NCBI RefSeq assembly: GCF_006345805.1
Contig: NC_043002.1
Location: forward strand, 52,762,001 to 52,826,000
From: Octopus sinensis
Lineage: Eukaryota
DNA length: 64,000 nucleotides
Reading direction: 5' to 3'
In this document: positions 49,073 through 63,226 of the stretch, in pieces
How positions within the stretch are numbered: position 1 is the first letter of the stretch
Layout of the letters: each line of letters begins with the position of its first letter
The notes under the pieces: generated by a model
Databases searched by the model: none
Told to the model about the DNA's origin: nothing
Seen by the model: the letters and a program-made list of their open reading frames with translations, nothing else
Made by a program: the position numbers and the translations under genes

Positions 49073-49536
49073 TTATTAGCGCGCGGCTTCACTTACAGCA
49101 GTTAAATCAGATATGTGGAACGAAAGTAAAAAAAAATGTCTATTTTGTTTGTTACTCAGCAACATATTTTAAATCGATAAAATAAGTAGTGGTTGTTATC
49201 TGGTCCCGGATCGTCCTACTCGACCAGAACAACAGTCAAGCGCATTCCAGCTGTCACTATCCCATTTTGTATACTTAGCATTACATTAGCCAACATGTTC
49301 TTTCTGTTTTTTTTTGTTTTTTAAAGATGTAATGTTGTGATTTGAGGCAACTGGCTGCTATTTCTCGCAGGTCCAATAAATAGAAGTTCTTGCCAGTAAT
49401 ATACAAAGAAAAATAATAGGTTCAGTCTTTTCTGTTTCCAGTAGGTATATATCCTTGAGGACATTATCTTTTTAGCTGCCTTGTGATATCACCACGTAAC
49501 TTCCACACACATAGCTACTTCTTCACAAACACATTT

Positions 49537-49588
<52 letters not shown>

Positions 49589-49699
49589 TGTCTCTCTCTC
49601 TCTCTCTCTCCCTCTGTATGTATGCATGTATGTACTTGTGTGTGTGAGTGTGTGTGTGTGTGCGTGTGTGTGTGTGTGTGTGTGTATACATGTGTATGT

Positions 49700-49995
49700 G
49701 CAAGTGTCTTCTACTATACCGACAAAGCCTTGTGAGTGGATTTGGTAGACGGAAACTGAAAGAAGCCCGTAGTATATACATATATATGTGGGTATTGTGT
49801 GTGTCGTTGAGTCTGTGTATGTTCCCTACTACCAATTGCCAACCGGTGTTGGTATGTTTACGTCTTTGTGCGATAAAATAAGCACCAGGGTTTAAAGGAA
49901 AAAAACAGGACTGAGATTGACTCGTTCGACTAAAATTCTTCATGGCAGTGATCCAGCATGGCTGCAATCTAACGACTGAGACAAGTTAAAAATAG
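49700..49995 (+). mobile_element. Family B SINE, 5'-truncated
   Basis: CAAGTGTCTTCTACTATA...GTGAGTGGATTTGGTAGACGGAAACTGAAAGAAGCCCG...CCAGCATGGCTGCA. Confidence 0.75.
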
Positions 49996-50023
49996 AAGAT
50001 AAATGCTTATGTATGTATTAAAG

Positions 50024-50276
50024 TCATTGTTTAGTTTTATTTCAAGATTTCTTGCCAATAGAGAAAGAGCCGGTTTTTAACCTGGATTCAAGGCTCCTTC
50101 ATTGGAATTTCAACATCAGCGGGGTGTTTTTGTATGTATGTATGTATGTATGTATGTATGTATGTCATTATTCAGTTTTATTTCAAGATTTCTTGCCAAT
50201 AGAGAAAGAGCCGATTTCTAACTTAGATTCAAGGCTCCTTCGTTGGAATTTCAACAACATTAGCAGGGTATTTTTG
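50024..50276. repeat. Two direct copies of a ~110-bp element separated by (TATG)n
   Basis: AGTTTTATTTCAAGATTTCTTGCCAATAGAGAAAGAGCCG...GGAATTTCAACA occurs in both copies, which begin at about 50024 and 50164. Confidence 0.85.
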
Positions 50277-51425
50277 TATATGTGTATATGTGCAGATTTC
50301 TCTGTTTTGTTTCATGTGTGTATTCTCATATATATATATACTTGCATATCTAGAGATGCTCATATATTCTAAAAGACAAATAGTATAAAGAACGACCCTT
50401 CATCAGTTGCTGGCTGTTTTTCAACTCTCGTATTTCGAGCTGTTAAATGCTTTGTCTTGTTTTCCATTTGTGTCTCCCGTTGTTCGAAAATATAGTTCAT
50501 ATTCCATGTACTCGTACTTCGTATTTCTTTGTTGTACACGTTTCGTGACGTTCTGTGCCCACATATGCATATTATACACGCATAGATGTAAGTATGTACA
50601 TATACATATGTATATATGCATATATATATATAGATATATATATATATATATATATTATTTATATCTTACACACATATATATATATATATATATCATATCA
50701 TATTATATTATATTATATTATATTATATCGTATTACATTATATATATATATGAAAGGAATTTAGGAACACCTTGCATGTACTTATTTTAAAATTCGAAAT
50801 TTTTGTGCATTTTTTAAATGTTATAATTATATATGCATTACAATATGTAATTGCATGTAACGATGAAGGATGGTTTACATGCACGTATAGAAAATGTTAC
50901 GAATGGTTTATCTTCAGCTGATTCGAACTCATTAAGAACTTGTATGAATGTATAATGACTAGATGCGAGTCATTAAACCAACCATAGGTACATTTTTTTT
51001 GCATAGGTTCTTGTATATTTGCCCTACTATCGCCTATGGATATATGTATCTGTATACGCGTGTATATGAGTGTTTGTCTGCACAAACGCGAGGGATATCA
51101 CTAACATTCATTTGATTCATGCGTGCATTTGTGTGTATATATGCGCAAAGTGTGTTGTATGGACATCTTGTATACATTTTCGGCTTTTTAGCTTGCTTCA
51201 TATAGAAGACTATGCGTGTTTTATGCGAGAATGTGATGTCTGCCTGAACGTGTGTGTCTTGATATGTGTGTAGTTTTCAAGGATTTGGAACCGGTCAAGG
51301 GTGTGTATCTATAATTGCCAATTCTGAACATATCGTCAGTTCAAAAACTACTGCGGTAGGAAACAAATACACAACATTAATTCCATGTCATACTGATTCA
51401 GCAAGCAATATTAACGTCATAAAAT

Positions 51426-51820
51426 GAGGAGGTGAGCTGTCAGAATCGTTAGAACCCCGGGCAAAATGCTTAGCGGCATTTCATCCACCTTTATTTTCTG
51501 ATTACAAATTCCTCCAGGGTCGACAAAATAAGAACCAGATGAGTACTGGGGTCCCACAAAAGCTGGTCCTGTGCCACAATTTGAAATGAATATTAACGTC
51601 ATAAAATAAGGCGGTGACCCAACAGAATCGTTGACTCACCAGTCAAAAATTTCGTCCGTCTTTACGCTCAGAGTTCAAATTCTGCCAGGGATGACTTTGC
51701 CTTTCATCCAATATGGGATCGATAAAACAAGTATCAGTTGAGCTGTGGGGTCTTTGTAATCGACTCATCCACTCTCACAAATCTGTAATCGACGCAGCCC
51801 CTGTGCCAAAATTTGAAACC
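51426..51820 (+). mobile_element. Two old family A SINEs in tandem at one target site
   Basis: The target sequence AATATTAACG(T/C)...AAAT appears three times, at 51407, 51589 and 51821. Confidence 0.7.
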
Positions 51821-51931
51821 AATATTAACGTTATGAAATAAGACCCAACAGAATGTTTTAAAAACACAATCAATGGTCTATGCAAATTTAAAATTAAAAG
51901 CTATATTTACAAACTACTAATATATCATTTA

Positions 51932-52263
51932 CTAGCACTATGATCCGGCAACGTACATACACGCGAGTACCGTTCAAATCTCCGACCAATCACATACAGC
52001 TAGCTGGCATTCAATTGGCGTATCAAGTTTCGGGCATTTTGATTGGGTTTTGGATAGAAAATTCACAAAAATGGCACTTCTGTTGATTTTTAATGGCTTT
52101 GCGGGGTGACTGGGGAAATGTAAAAATGTGCACCACCACCCTTGGACGGTTTTGAATGACCATAGAAAGTGCAAGCCCTCTAACTGAAAGATTGTGGATT
52201 TGTATAAAGGATACACACACACACACACACAGACAGACATTTTGCCGTTTATATATAGAGAGA
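51932..52263 (-). mobile_element. Short non-autonomous Helitron
   Basis: Minus strand 5' A|TCTCTCTATATATAAACGGCAAAATGTCTGTC(TG)n and 3' ...GCCGGATCATAGTGCTAG|T; same terminal architecture as 403-2537. Confidence 0.75.
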
Positions 52264-52429
52264 TAATGTTCATTCGGTATTGTTTATGGCCACGTTAATG
52301 TGGCTGTCCTCTAAGAGAAGACGAAACTGCCACTTTAACCCCGGGAGGATATCATGTCCAGCTGGTTTATTCAGTGCGCTTCCCGCTCTCAGTATTTATT
52401 GCAAGCGGGAGATAACTCTTGCCATCTAT

Positions 52430-52487
52430 CTCCGAGACCATCAACACCAAGTGGTTTCGATCTGTATTGGATCTCCTCAGTGGTGAG
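52430..52487 (-). ncRNA. Type I hammerhead ribozyme with canonical GUC site
   Basis: Minus strand CTCACCA-CTGAGGA-GATC(CAATACA)GATC-GAAA-CCA(11 nt)TGG-TC-TCGGAG. All core nucleotides are present; stem I is imperfect (one mismatch, one bulge). Confidence 0.72.
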
Positions 52488-52692
52488 TCTTGTTCGCCAG
52501 GCATGGCAGTAGTTTAACCTTGCTTGTAATATATAGAAAATACAGTAAATACAGTGTCATAAGTAACAAATAAACGCAAAAATGATTTGGTATTATTAAT
52601 GATTCACGTGTATTAGATAAAATCTCAGTCATACTTCCAGGTATCTATATATAGCTTCTTAAAACTCAACGCATTACTCACACATTAATATC

Positions 52693-53120
52693 TTTCATCT
52701 TTTACTTTATTTCCGTCATTGGACTGGGCCCATGCTGGGGCACGGCATTGAAGAGTTTTAAGTGAAAGATTCGCCTCAAGTACCTGTATTTTTTTAAAGT
52801 CTGGTAATTATTCTATCATTCTCGTTTGCCAAACCGTTAAGTTACGAAGACGTAAACAAACCAAGACCGGTTGCCAAGCGATAGCAGCGGGGCGGCGGAA
52901 AACAGATGCACAACGACATACACATAGATGTATACATTTATGTACACGTGTGTGTATGTGTGTGTGAGTGTACGGCGGGCTTCCACACAGTTTCCGTCTA
53001 CCAAATTCCTTCCAAGGCTGAATGGCCAGAAAGACGACACTGGCCCAAGGTACCGCGCAATGGTACCGAAACCATGCAGCTGCAACACGAGCTTCTTAAC
53101 CATACAACCATGTCTATGCC
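52693..53120 (-). mobile_element. Family B SINE
   Basis: Reverse complement of the family B head, the CORE-like CCTTGGGCCAGTGTC segment and the 3' body. Confidence 0.75.
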
Positions 53121-53231
53121 CAGTTTAACATTGATTCTGAAAAGAAAAACGTATAACTCCCATTCAAACCTCTTTATCAATTCTTTTCTGTCTGTGTCTC
53201 TCATCTCATACATACGCTTATATAGACAGTA

Positions 53232-53678
53232 CACCGGGTGAAGTGCTTAGCGGTATTTCGTCTGTCGGCGAGCTGGCAGAAGCGTTAGCACGCCGGGCGA
53301 AATGCCTTGCAGTATTTCGTCTGCCGTTACGTTGTGAGTTCAAATTCCGCCGAGGTCGACTTTGCCTTTCATCCTTTCAGGGTCTATAAATTAAGCACCA
53401 GTTACGCACTGGGGTCGATATAATCGACTTAATACCTAAGTCTGTCCTTGTTTGTCCCCTCTATGTTTAGCCTCTTGTGGGTAATAAAGAAATAGGTATT
53501 TCGTCTGTCGTTACGTTCTGAGTTCAAATTCCATCGAGGTCGACTTTGCATGTCATCCTTTCGGGGTCGATAAATAAAGTACCAGTTTCGCACTGGGGTC
53601 GATGTAATCGACTTAATCCCTTTGTCTGTCCTTGTTTGTCCCCTCTATGTTTAGCCCCTTGTGGGCAGTAAAGAAATA
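53232..53678 (+). mobile_element. Family A SINE inserted into another family A SINE
   Basis: The inner copy is flanked by the 15-bp duplication GGTATTTCGTCTGTC of the outer copy's own sequence. Confidence 0.85.
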
Positions 53679-54261
53679 TATATAGACACGAATATTAATT
53701 CTTGGTTAGCAACATGATAAAACTCCGATTAAGAGCGAAAGAAACTGTGTATTTGGAAGCAATTGACATTTTGCACAAAAATCTCCTTTATTCTGGTTTT
53801 ATAGTTTTTTAAAAAATTGGTTGGGTGTTATAATTGTTTAACTGAATGAGCTAATTACATAGACAGACAGACAGACAGACAGATAGATCGACAGACAGTT
53901 AGACAAACAGATAGATGCATATATATATGTGTGTATATGTATGTGTGTGTGTGTGTAGTTTACGACTCCGTTTGGGTAAGATCAACAAAAAATGTACATT
54001 AAATGATATATATATACATATATATATATATATAGATAGATATATATAGCACACACACACACACACACATCCGTACATTGGCATACATACGTATATTCAT
54101 ATATTTCTGAGTGTGTGAGAGTGCTTCATTACAAAAACTACAAAGTGAACTCAGGAATTGATATTTAATTTTTACTTATTAGGCGACATCTGTTTATGCA
54201 TTCTTTTGCAACTCACAGATTTCAATATATATATATATACATATACATATACATATATATA

Positions 54262-54335
<74 letters not shown>

Positions 54336-54513
54336 TGTGCGTGTGTGCAGATATATAATACATATACACATACGTATACAAAACATACACGTATGTATGT
54401 ATGTACGTACATATATATGCATGTATGTATACAAATATATGTATATATATATACATACATATACATACATACATGCACATATATGCGTATGTGTGTGTAT
54501 ATATATACAAATA

Positions 54514-54591
<78 letters not shown>

Positions 54592-54847
54592 GAGACAGAG
54601 ACAAATACACTGATCCATTTGTGTTTGTGTGTGCACATATATACACGTGCGCATGCACACACACGTGTAGGTGTGTGTGTTCGTTTGTGCGTGCACGTTA
54701 TAGAAATATATATAATATTGAAAAAAGAAAAAACTAAAGTTCTCAAGAATGTTTTGTATGTGTACTTCCTTATATACGAACGAATAAAACAGGCGTATTA
54801 TGAATACACTCCACATGAAAACAGTCACATTCGCACGCACACACACG

Positions 54848-54913
<66 letters not shown>

Positions 54914-55374
54914 CAAACACACACACACGTGCACACACACACACGCGCGCACACACACACAAACGTCCATATATATATCTGTACGCGGACATAGAGTAAA
55001 GCAAAGCACACGTTCACAAATACGAATGCATTTAAGTACTAAGTCAGGAGATTTGCGGAAACGTTTGTAAATAAACTGAAAACAGTGCGTTTTGGAAGCA
55101 GGCTTTGTCTGCAGAACCATATAAAAAGAACAAGCCGGACTAGTTTTATAATCACAAGATCTATTTGAATAGCGAGGCAAAATGTAGCCTTATAAACTTA
55201 TAATCTTATTTACGAACACATGCAATATAACACACATACTCCCACACACACACATTAATGTATGGCGTTAGCTTTCCTATTCATATTACACCTTGATTGG
55301 AATTAAACCATGGTTCATTCAAACTGATCAAATGACGTCGCAATTTATCATGACGTATAACATACATACATACA

Positions 55375-55409
<35 letters not shown>

Positions 55410-55494
55410 GTTTGCATATATATATATATATATACATTCACACACACATATATATATAATATATATATACATACATATATATATATATATATAT

Positions 55495-55544
<50 letters not shown>

Positions 55545-55758
55545 ATATATATATAATATAATATATATATATATATACATATATGGATATAAATGTATAT
55601 ACTATATATCTATACATATATACATGTATTGATGTTGATGTGTATATATGTACATATATACATATATATGTATGTATGTAGACGTAAACATATATATATG
55701 TATATACAACATATGCATATATATATATATACATGCATATACATATACACATATATAT

Positions 55759-55789
<31 letters not shown>

Positions 55790-55888
55790 ATATATATATT
55801 ATATATATATATATACAATATATATATATATATTTTTATATATATATATATATATATAACATATATATGCCTACACGCCACCCACCCA

Positions 55889-55935
<47 letters not shown>

Positions 55936-56196
55936 AAACACGGCAGAAATAGGTATGTTATAGATCATCAGCTAATTTCAAGAACTTCGTGTATTATTCT
56001 TCCGTTCTCGTCCTATTTGTATAACAACGATGATGGATTGAATTGAATTGAATTGAAATCAAAACAAATCGTTGGCCTCATTAATTGTTTCATTCAGACG
56101 TCCTCCAAACTCGAACAATATGAAGCTATGTATATATATATATATACATACATGCATACATATATATATATATATATATGTATGTATATATATGTG

Positions 56197-56239
<43 letters not shown>

Positions 56240-56385
56240 TATATATATATATATATATATTATATATATGTGTGTGTGTGTGTGTGTGTATATTATATAT
56301 ATATATATATATAATATATACATACATTCATACATACATACATACACATCACACACGCAAACATACATACATTAACACGTGTGTA

Positions 56386-56434
<49 letters not shown>

Positions 56435-56447
56435 ATATGTATATATG

Positions 56448-56513
<66 letters not shown>

Positions 56514-56973
56514 GATACATACATACCCATCACACACACACGCACACATGCATACATTAACACGTGTGTAAACATATACGGATACACACACGCACGCACA
56601 CACACACACACACATACATTTGATGGAGGACTGATTTAAACTTTTGCTGTCAGTTTGCTTGAAAAGCAACGAATATATTTTATAAAGTTAGTTCCTACGC
56701 TGGCAATCATCTATAATATACTTTCTGTCCTTCCGTAATATGCATCATTTGTTATAAATGTATATTTGATTTTATTCCTCATTTTGTGAAGAATAAAACT
56801 TCGGTGAGGGATTATCAGAGAAAGACAGGGAGACAATGGCACAACACATAGACACAAACACACACACACGCAGACGCACGCGCAAATACATATGCACACA
56901 CATATGCCACTCTTTTTCGCTATAAGTAACTAGATAGATAAATAGACAGATATACATACATGCATAAATGCAT

Positions 56974-57016
<43 letters not shown>

Positions 57017-57815
57017 ATAGATCAGGATTCAAGTGAATCAGGCACTAAAATGGTAAGGCACCGGACCGGGTCGAGAATTAAAATGTGTGCAGAATAATAA
57101 TAATAGAGGAATACATATACGGGTACCGAAGTACAGGCAAAAAGTTATCGAAGTTATGTATGCGATTAACTGTACCCGACCCAATAAGGGTAATATATTT
57201 ACGAAAGTGCACACCCCGTTGGCTTCTGAGTGTTTTTGAATGTTGTGTTTCATATATTCACCTGAAGAAAACAGTTTTTTTTTATGTAATGTCTCCTTTA
57301 ATCAATTAAAAATTCGTTGAAAACAGCTGTAGCGAACTGACACATATACACATATATATATGTATGTGTGTGTGTATGTATGTATGTATTTAATCTATTC
57401 TTTTCTTTTTCTTTATTTTTTTCTCTCCTATTTTAGTTTGTGATTTTTTTTCTCTGCATTCAATGGGAAGCAACAAACTTAGATTTGCACCAAAAGCACA
57501 AGAGATACCCTTTAGGAATTGGAGATTTATTCTCTTAACGAGAACAGAGATCGATCCGAAAATTTAGCCTCTCTCTAAAAATATCGCTTATGCATTTTCC
57601 TTTGAAGCAGATGAAAGAGTATTCGCCAAAGTTTATCCTTCCTCAAAATTTTAGGCATGTCCCAAATAATGCTATACTATTCGAAAATTGAAAGAATGTC
57701 CTCATCTTTTCATACATAGACACACCTTAACAATAGTTTCTATTGCAGTTCCTACACTTTGAAATTAATATTTATAAACATCAATGATTCCAGCCCCCCG
57801 AGCATACCTAAGATC

Positions 57816-58106
57816 CGGGGCCAGCGTTAGGAACCGCGGAGCCCAATTAGAGAATTGTCACTGAGGCCCTCTACTCTACAAAAGCTGAGGATTGGTGGTT
57901 TTTACTTCGCGTAGTACACCATTCCCAGACAAAAAGCGTTGAGGATTTGAAGGCTCCCCCGTTAGCCACAATGATATACTAAAAATTCAGCATAGCGTCC
58001 TCCACTCGAGCATGTCTGCGAGGCCCTCTCTTGGGGCCCAATCTGAACAAATCTGCGTGAAGCCAAATTTGAACAAATCTGTTTAATTGGCTTAAATCCG
58101 GTTCTA
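57816..58106. mobile_element. hAT-type MITE (degenerate CAGGGCCGG-type TIRs)
   Basis: Ends CGGGGCCAGCGTTAGG and CTTAAATCCGGTTCTA; 8-bp TSD CTAAGATC / CTAAGGTC (7 of 8 match). Confidence 0.65.
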
Positions 58107-58518
58107 CTAAGGTCAACACATCTTTATAATTATTTCAAATCCACACTACAATCGTAAACTGCGCAACTTGAAGCATAATTCAAAGAGTTGACTCACAGAC
58201 ACTCGCTGACACTTGCATACACTCGCATACACTTGCATACATTCGCATTCCACAATCAAAATAGAAATAATGACGCGTCAGTAATTTATATAGCACTTGA
58301 AAAAGAAAGATACCTATAGAAAGAATCGTTTCTGCGCTTGGTTTCATATTAAGCATAGAAAAGCTCGTCAATTTACATGAAAAAGTATAAACTGAAACGT
58401 AACCTTTTCTTGTTTTTCTTTCATTGTTATCACAGTTTTCATTGTTGATTTTTTTTTTCTCAGGTGAATTTCATCGCCCTTTCACTTGTCTGACTCTAAG
58501 CATTATTTGTTTGTCTGT

Positions 58519-59084
58519 AAGGCGGCGAGCTGGCAGAATCGTTAGCACGCCGGGCGAAATTCGTAGCCGTATTTCGTCTGCCGTTACGTTCCCAGGTCGA
58601 CTTTGCCTTTCATCCTTTCGGGGTCGATAAATTAAGTACCAGTTATGAACTGAGGTCGATATAATCGACTTAATCCATCTGTCTGTCCTTGTTTGTCTCC
58701 TCTGTGTTTAGCCCCTTGTGGGTAGTAAAGAAATAGGTATTTCGTCTGCCGTTACGTTCTGAGTTCAAATTCCGCTGAGGTCGACTTTGCCTTTCATCCT
58801 TTCGGGGTTGATTAAATAAGTACCAGTTACGCACTGGGGTCGATATAATCGACTTAATCTGTTTGTCTGTCCTTGTTTGTCCTCTCTGTGTTTAGCCCCT
58901 TGTGGGTAGTAAAGAAATAGGTATTTCTTCTGTCCTTCCGTTCTGAGTTCAAATTCCATCAAGGTCGACTTTGCCTTTTATCCTATCGGGGTTGATAAAT
59001 TAAGTACCAGTCGCGTACTGGGGTCGATATAATCGACTGGCTTCCTCCCACAAAATTTCAGGCCTTGTGCCTACAGTAGAAAGG
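58519..59084 (+). mobile_element. Trimeric family A SINE
   Basis: One head and three bodies joined at AAAGAAATA|GGTATTTC, bounded by a single 17-bp TSD ATTATTTGTTTGTCTGT (58502-58518 and 59085-59101). Confidence 0.88.
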
Positions 59085-59434
59085 ATTATTTGTTTGTCTG
59101 TCTCATTTCTGCCTCATAACCTTTCCCGTATCATTTCTATCGCTGGTCTTCTTGTTCTTTTTTTTATTTTTTATTTTTCAAAGACTAGCGTCCTTCCTTA
59201 TTCTTTTAAAAGAGACCAACCATGTTGTATATTTGAGTCTAAAAGATTGCTTGCATTCACGCGGCACGCTATACAAGCTTATCCGGCAATCGTGTTTTCA
59301 TTGTGTGAAACTAATAGTAATGTATGTGTGTGTGTGTGTGCGTGCGTGTGTGTAAGTATGTATGTGTGTGCGTATATATATATGTGTGTGCGTGTGTGTG
59401 GATATCTGTATATGTGTATATATATTCTTTAATT

Positions 59435-59630
59435 CTTTTATTCGTTTCAGTCATCTGACTGCGGCCATGCTGGAGTACCGCCTTTTAGTCGAAGAAATCG
59501 ACCTCAGAACTATTCTTTATAAATCTGATACTTATTCTATCGGTCTCCTTTGCCGAACAGCTGAGTTACGGGGACGTAAACACGCCAACATCGGTTGTCA
59601 AGCGATGGTGGGTGGGGACAAACACCAATA
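59435..59630 (-). mobile_element. Family B SINE, 3' part
   Basis: GACTGCGGCCATGCTGGAG...GTTACGGGGACGTAAACAC...GTTGTCAAGCGATGGTG is the reverse complement of about 8670-8815. Confidence 0.75.
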
Positions 59631-60376
59631 CACAAAGACGCGCGCGCACACACACGCACACCCACACACCCACATTCACACAGTATATATATACTTTTAT
59701 TAATATTTAGCAAAGTAAATTTCAGACCTGAAACGCACGAAACTCTCGGACCTTGTGTCACTCTGTTACTTCTGCTAAATATTATTAAAAATATAATGAT
59801 AATAACAAATAAATTTGAAGCTTAATTCCATTCAGTTGCAGAGTTACAATAATAGTGGGGTTAACATGTTCAGTGGATTACTTGATAGGTTCCTGGGCAA
59901 TCAATAGAGTTGCGAGTAGTATATATTTTGGTTCCCACTAGCCTGACGCCAGTAAGCCAAAACACTATAATTCTCCACAAGTCAGCTCCTTAAGCAGTAT
60001 CACAAGCACAAAGTTTTACATGCTTAAATTAAGTGTTGATGTATTGAAAGCAATACAGAAAAACTATTGGTAATTAGACAATTTCCTTGCTTAGTTAAAC
60101 CATGTGTAGCGACTTTCAAAAGAGAAGGAAGATAATTTCAATAAATAAAATATTGATTTCTCAATTTAGATTTAAAAGAACTTAATCTGATCTTTGCTTG
60201 CGAGCAATGGATAACTTCGCCTGCAGAGTTAATTTCACTTTTGCCACGCTTATAGCTAGAAGATGAATTATCAAAGAGATTGCAGGAATTTCTTCTGTCC
60301 AAGGAAGCACTGTGTTATATGTCTATAGAAAAGAAGTTTGATCTTAACAGAATTTGGTTATCTTTGAATAGGTATA

Positions 60377-60608
60377 TATTTCTTTATTGCCCACAAGGGG
60401 CTAAACATAGAGGGGACAAACAAGGACAGACAAAGGGATTAAGTCGAATACATCGACCCTAGTGCGAAACTGGTACTTTATTTACCGATCCCGAAAGGAT
60501 GAAAGGCAAAGTCGGTCTCGGCGGAATTTGAACTCAGAACATAAAGACAGACGAAATACCGCTAAGCATTTCGCCCGGCGCGCTAACGTGTCTGCCAGCT
60601 CGCCGCCT
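60377..60608 (-). mobile_element. Family A SINE
   Basis: Full-length reverse copy; TSD ATCTTTGAATAGGTATA on both sides. Confidence 0.9.
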
Positions 60609-61430
60609 CATCTTTGAATAGGTATAGCGACGGAGTAGGGTCAATACGTGGGTTTTTCCTTAGTTTTTAGCATTACGTTGCAAATTTGTCCCGAAGCCAT
60701 AACTTGAAGACAAGCGAACTCAACTAAGTTTATGAGCCTCACATGAGCCTCTCTCTTTGTTATGTCCATTTTTTTCTCTGTCACCTCTCTCGCTCTCTCT
60801 TGTTTTGAGACTGGTCACTCTGCTCACACTGCTCACTTGTCGTATTTATTTTTCCCTGATTTGGGATGAGATGGGATACCTCATACTTTTTGTGTTTTCT
60901 TTGGTTTTGTTTAAAACGAGTGAGACATCTCACTGCCATCTCTCTCTCTCTCTCTTTCTCTCTTTCTCTCTCCCTCCACTCCTGCTCTCGCTCTCGCTGT
61001 CCCACCCGCTATCCTTCCTCCTCCTGCTCTCCTTTTCTCCCGTGCTCCATCCCTCTCTCTCTTTTCCTCTCCCCTCTCTGCTTGGTTTTGGTTGAGACGG
61101 GTATCATCTCTGACTTACAATGTGTTTTTTCGTATCGTTTGTAATATAACGCCAACAACATCTTAGAATCTGTTCACTTTTTCTTTCCTCCTCTTCACAC
61201 CATTTTTTCATTCTTTTTTCTCAAGAAGTCAATGATACAGTCGAGGCATTCATGCTGCATTACGAAACATCACTTAAACTAATAACAGTTAGTTATGCGG
61301 TGCTCTGTTCAATAATACCGCGCGTGCCTTATTTTGGCGAAGTTACAACTTTATAGTATATTATCATTAAAATAAAATATCTGTATGTACGCCTGAGAAA
61401 GCGAGACAGTGAAAGAAACAAACAAAGATG

Positions 61431-61476
<46 letters not shown>

Positions 61477-61701
61477 ATAGTGATGGAAAAGTGGAAATTG
61501 GGAAATAGGGACGATGACAGCATTAACAAAATGAATGTATGCTAAAGTCACGTGCTCGTGCGTCGGAGAGGCAACATGACTTGCTCAATGATTTTGTTTT
61601 AAGTGAACAAGAGTTAAGCACCGTCGACCTCACTCTCTCGCCGCGATCATCTTCAATCCAGTGACAAGACAGACCTGGACAAGACAACTGGGGATGTTGA
61701 C

Positions 61702-62023
61702 CAATGGTTCCCGACCATATTTTTAAAAAATCTATGGGTCCCTTTGATTACTATTTTATTCTGGTGGACCCCCCACCCCCATTACCTCTCGATGTTTAAA
61801 AACTAGTTTTATAGAAACTTCTTTCAAAATTCCTACTTTGTTTTTCATATATTAACTTGTGTAGGTTGACCATGTAAAATGTTAGAAAAAGAAATCTGGC
61901 TGTATTTTGCAATACATACAAAAGCCTACATCTAAAGCAAAAATTTTCAGGGGCCCTTAAAATGCTTTTGTGGATCCCTAATTTACTATTTTAATCTTAT
62001 ATGGACCTGGTTGAGAACCACTG
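61702..62023. mobile_element. hAT (Charlie-like) MITE
   Basis: TIRs CAATGGTTCCCGACC and GGTTGAGAACCACTG; 8-bp TSD ATGTTGAC / ATGTAGAC. Confidence 0.85.
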
Positions 62024-62879
62024 ATGTAGACGGATGCAGACGATGACCATGATATCTGACTTGCCTCATCCGGTTCACTACACTCCAGAATGTGTTACTG
62101 CAGCTGCTTTCACCTCCATTGAACCACGACGGTTTCTTCCGCAGAGTCCACCGGATCCAATCTTCACATGCATAGGCACACAAGCTCTAATATGCTAATT
62201 AACCCATAGCTGGAACCCTGACAAATGCTATTACTTCGGGTCAGAGTAAATCTCGAAAGAACAGTGGCTGAGAGGTGATTCTACATTCATCAAACGTTGA
62301 TGTACGAATCTAAGGGAGTCGTAGTTCAATACTCGTATGTATTCAGTCCTCCTTGGTTGCATTGTGTCCTAACAAATGCAGTGTTTTAATTTGTGTCGTC
62401 TGCCAGTATTTCGTACGTCTGTAAGCGCTTCTGCTTGCTTGTTTTTATGATAGAAATGAATGTACTTTTTATCAGAAATATAAATCCGTATGCAAAAGCC
62501 ATAAACATGCACACAAATGCAAAGACAGACTCAAACAAAAACGCAATAATAAGCCAACATGCACAACTCACATGAAATAATTAATTTTATCCATACATAT
62601 TTATGCGCGCGCACACACACATACCCATATACACACACAGTTTCCTTCATTCTTATACAAATATATGTTATACGAAGTTGATCTTCATTCTTGTAAAATG
62701 AGAAGTATTTCAGGATTCATGGTTTGTATGAATTATTTATATTGCTTTTGGTTGTTTTTCTTCGAAGATAATTCTCATTGGGGTAGGATTACACTTAGAT
62801 ATTAGTATCCAGCTTTGGTAGGTTCTGTGTTATGCATATACATACATACATACATACATACATACATACATACATACAC

Positions 62880-62948
<69 letters not shown>

Positions 62949-62953
62949 GTATG

Positions 62954-62989
<36 letters not shown>

Positions 62990-63194
62990 CATATATATAT
63001 ACATATATATTTATATATACATATATTCATTCATACTGTTACAAATGCACGTATCTGCATACATGCGTACTTGCTTAAAATTGTCTATGCACAAATCTGT
63101 AAGTTTATATGCACTTTGGGAGCTTGCTGCATGCTTTAAGTACATATACTTAAAGCACGCGACATGTATGTATGTATATGCATACATACATACA

Positions 63195-63226
<32 letters not shown>

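Noticed and set aside
50390-50455. Minus-strand GAAA...CTGATGA arrangement (possible type II hammerhead); lone CTGAAGA motifs near 45140 and 50911
   Set aside because: No valid NUH or stem set could be built; at most truncated pLTR debris.
60630-61680. Possible promoter or 5' UTR of a neighbouring gene (CT/GA tracts, CpG-containing patches, CCTTATTTTGG)
   Set aside because: The CArG-like site has 7 rather than 6 A/T, and no linked coding exon was found.
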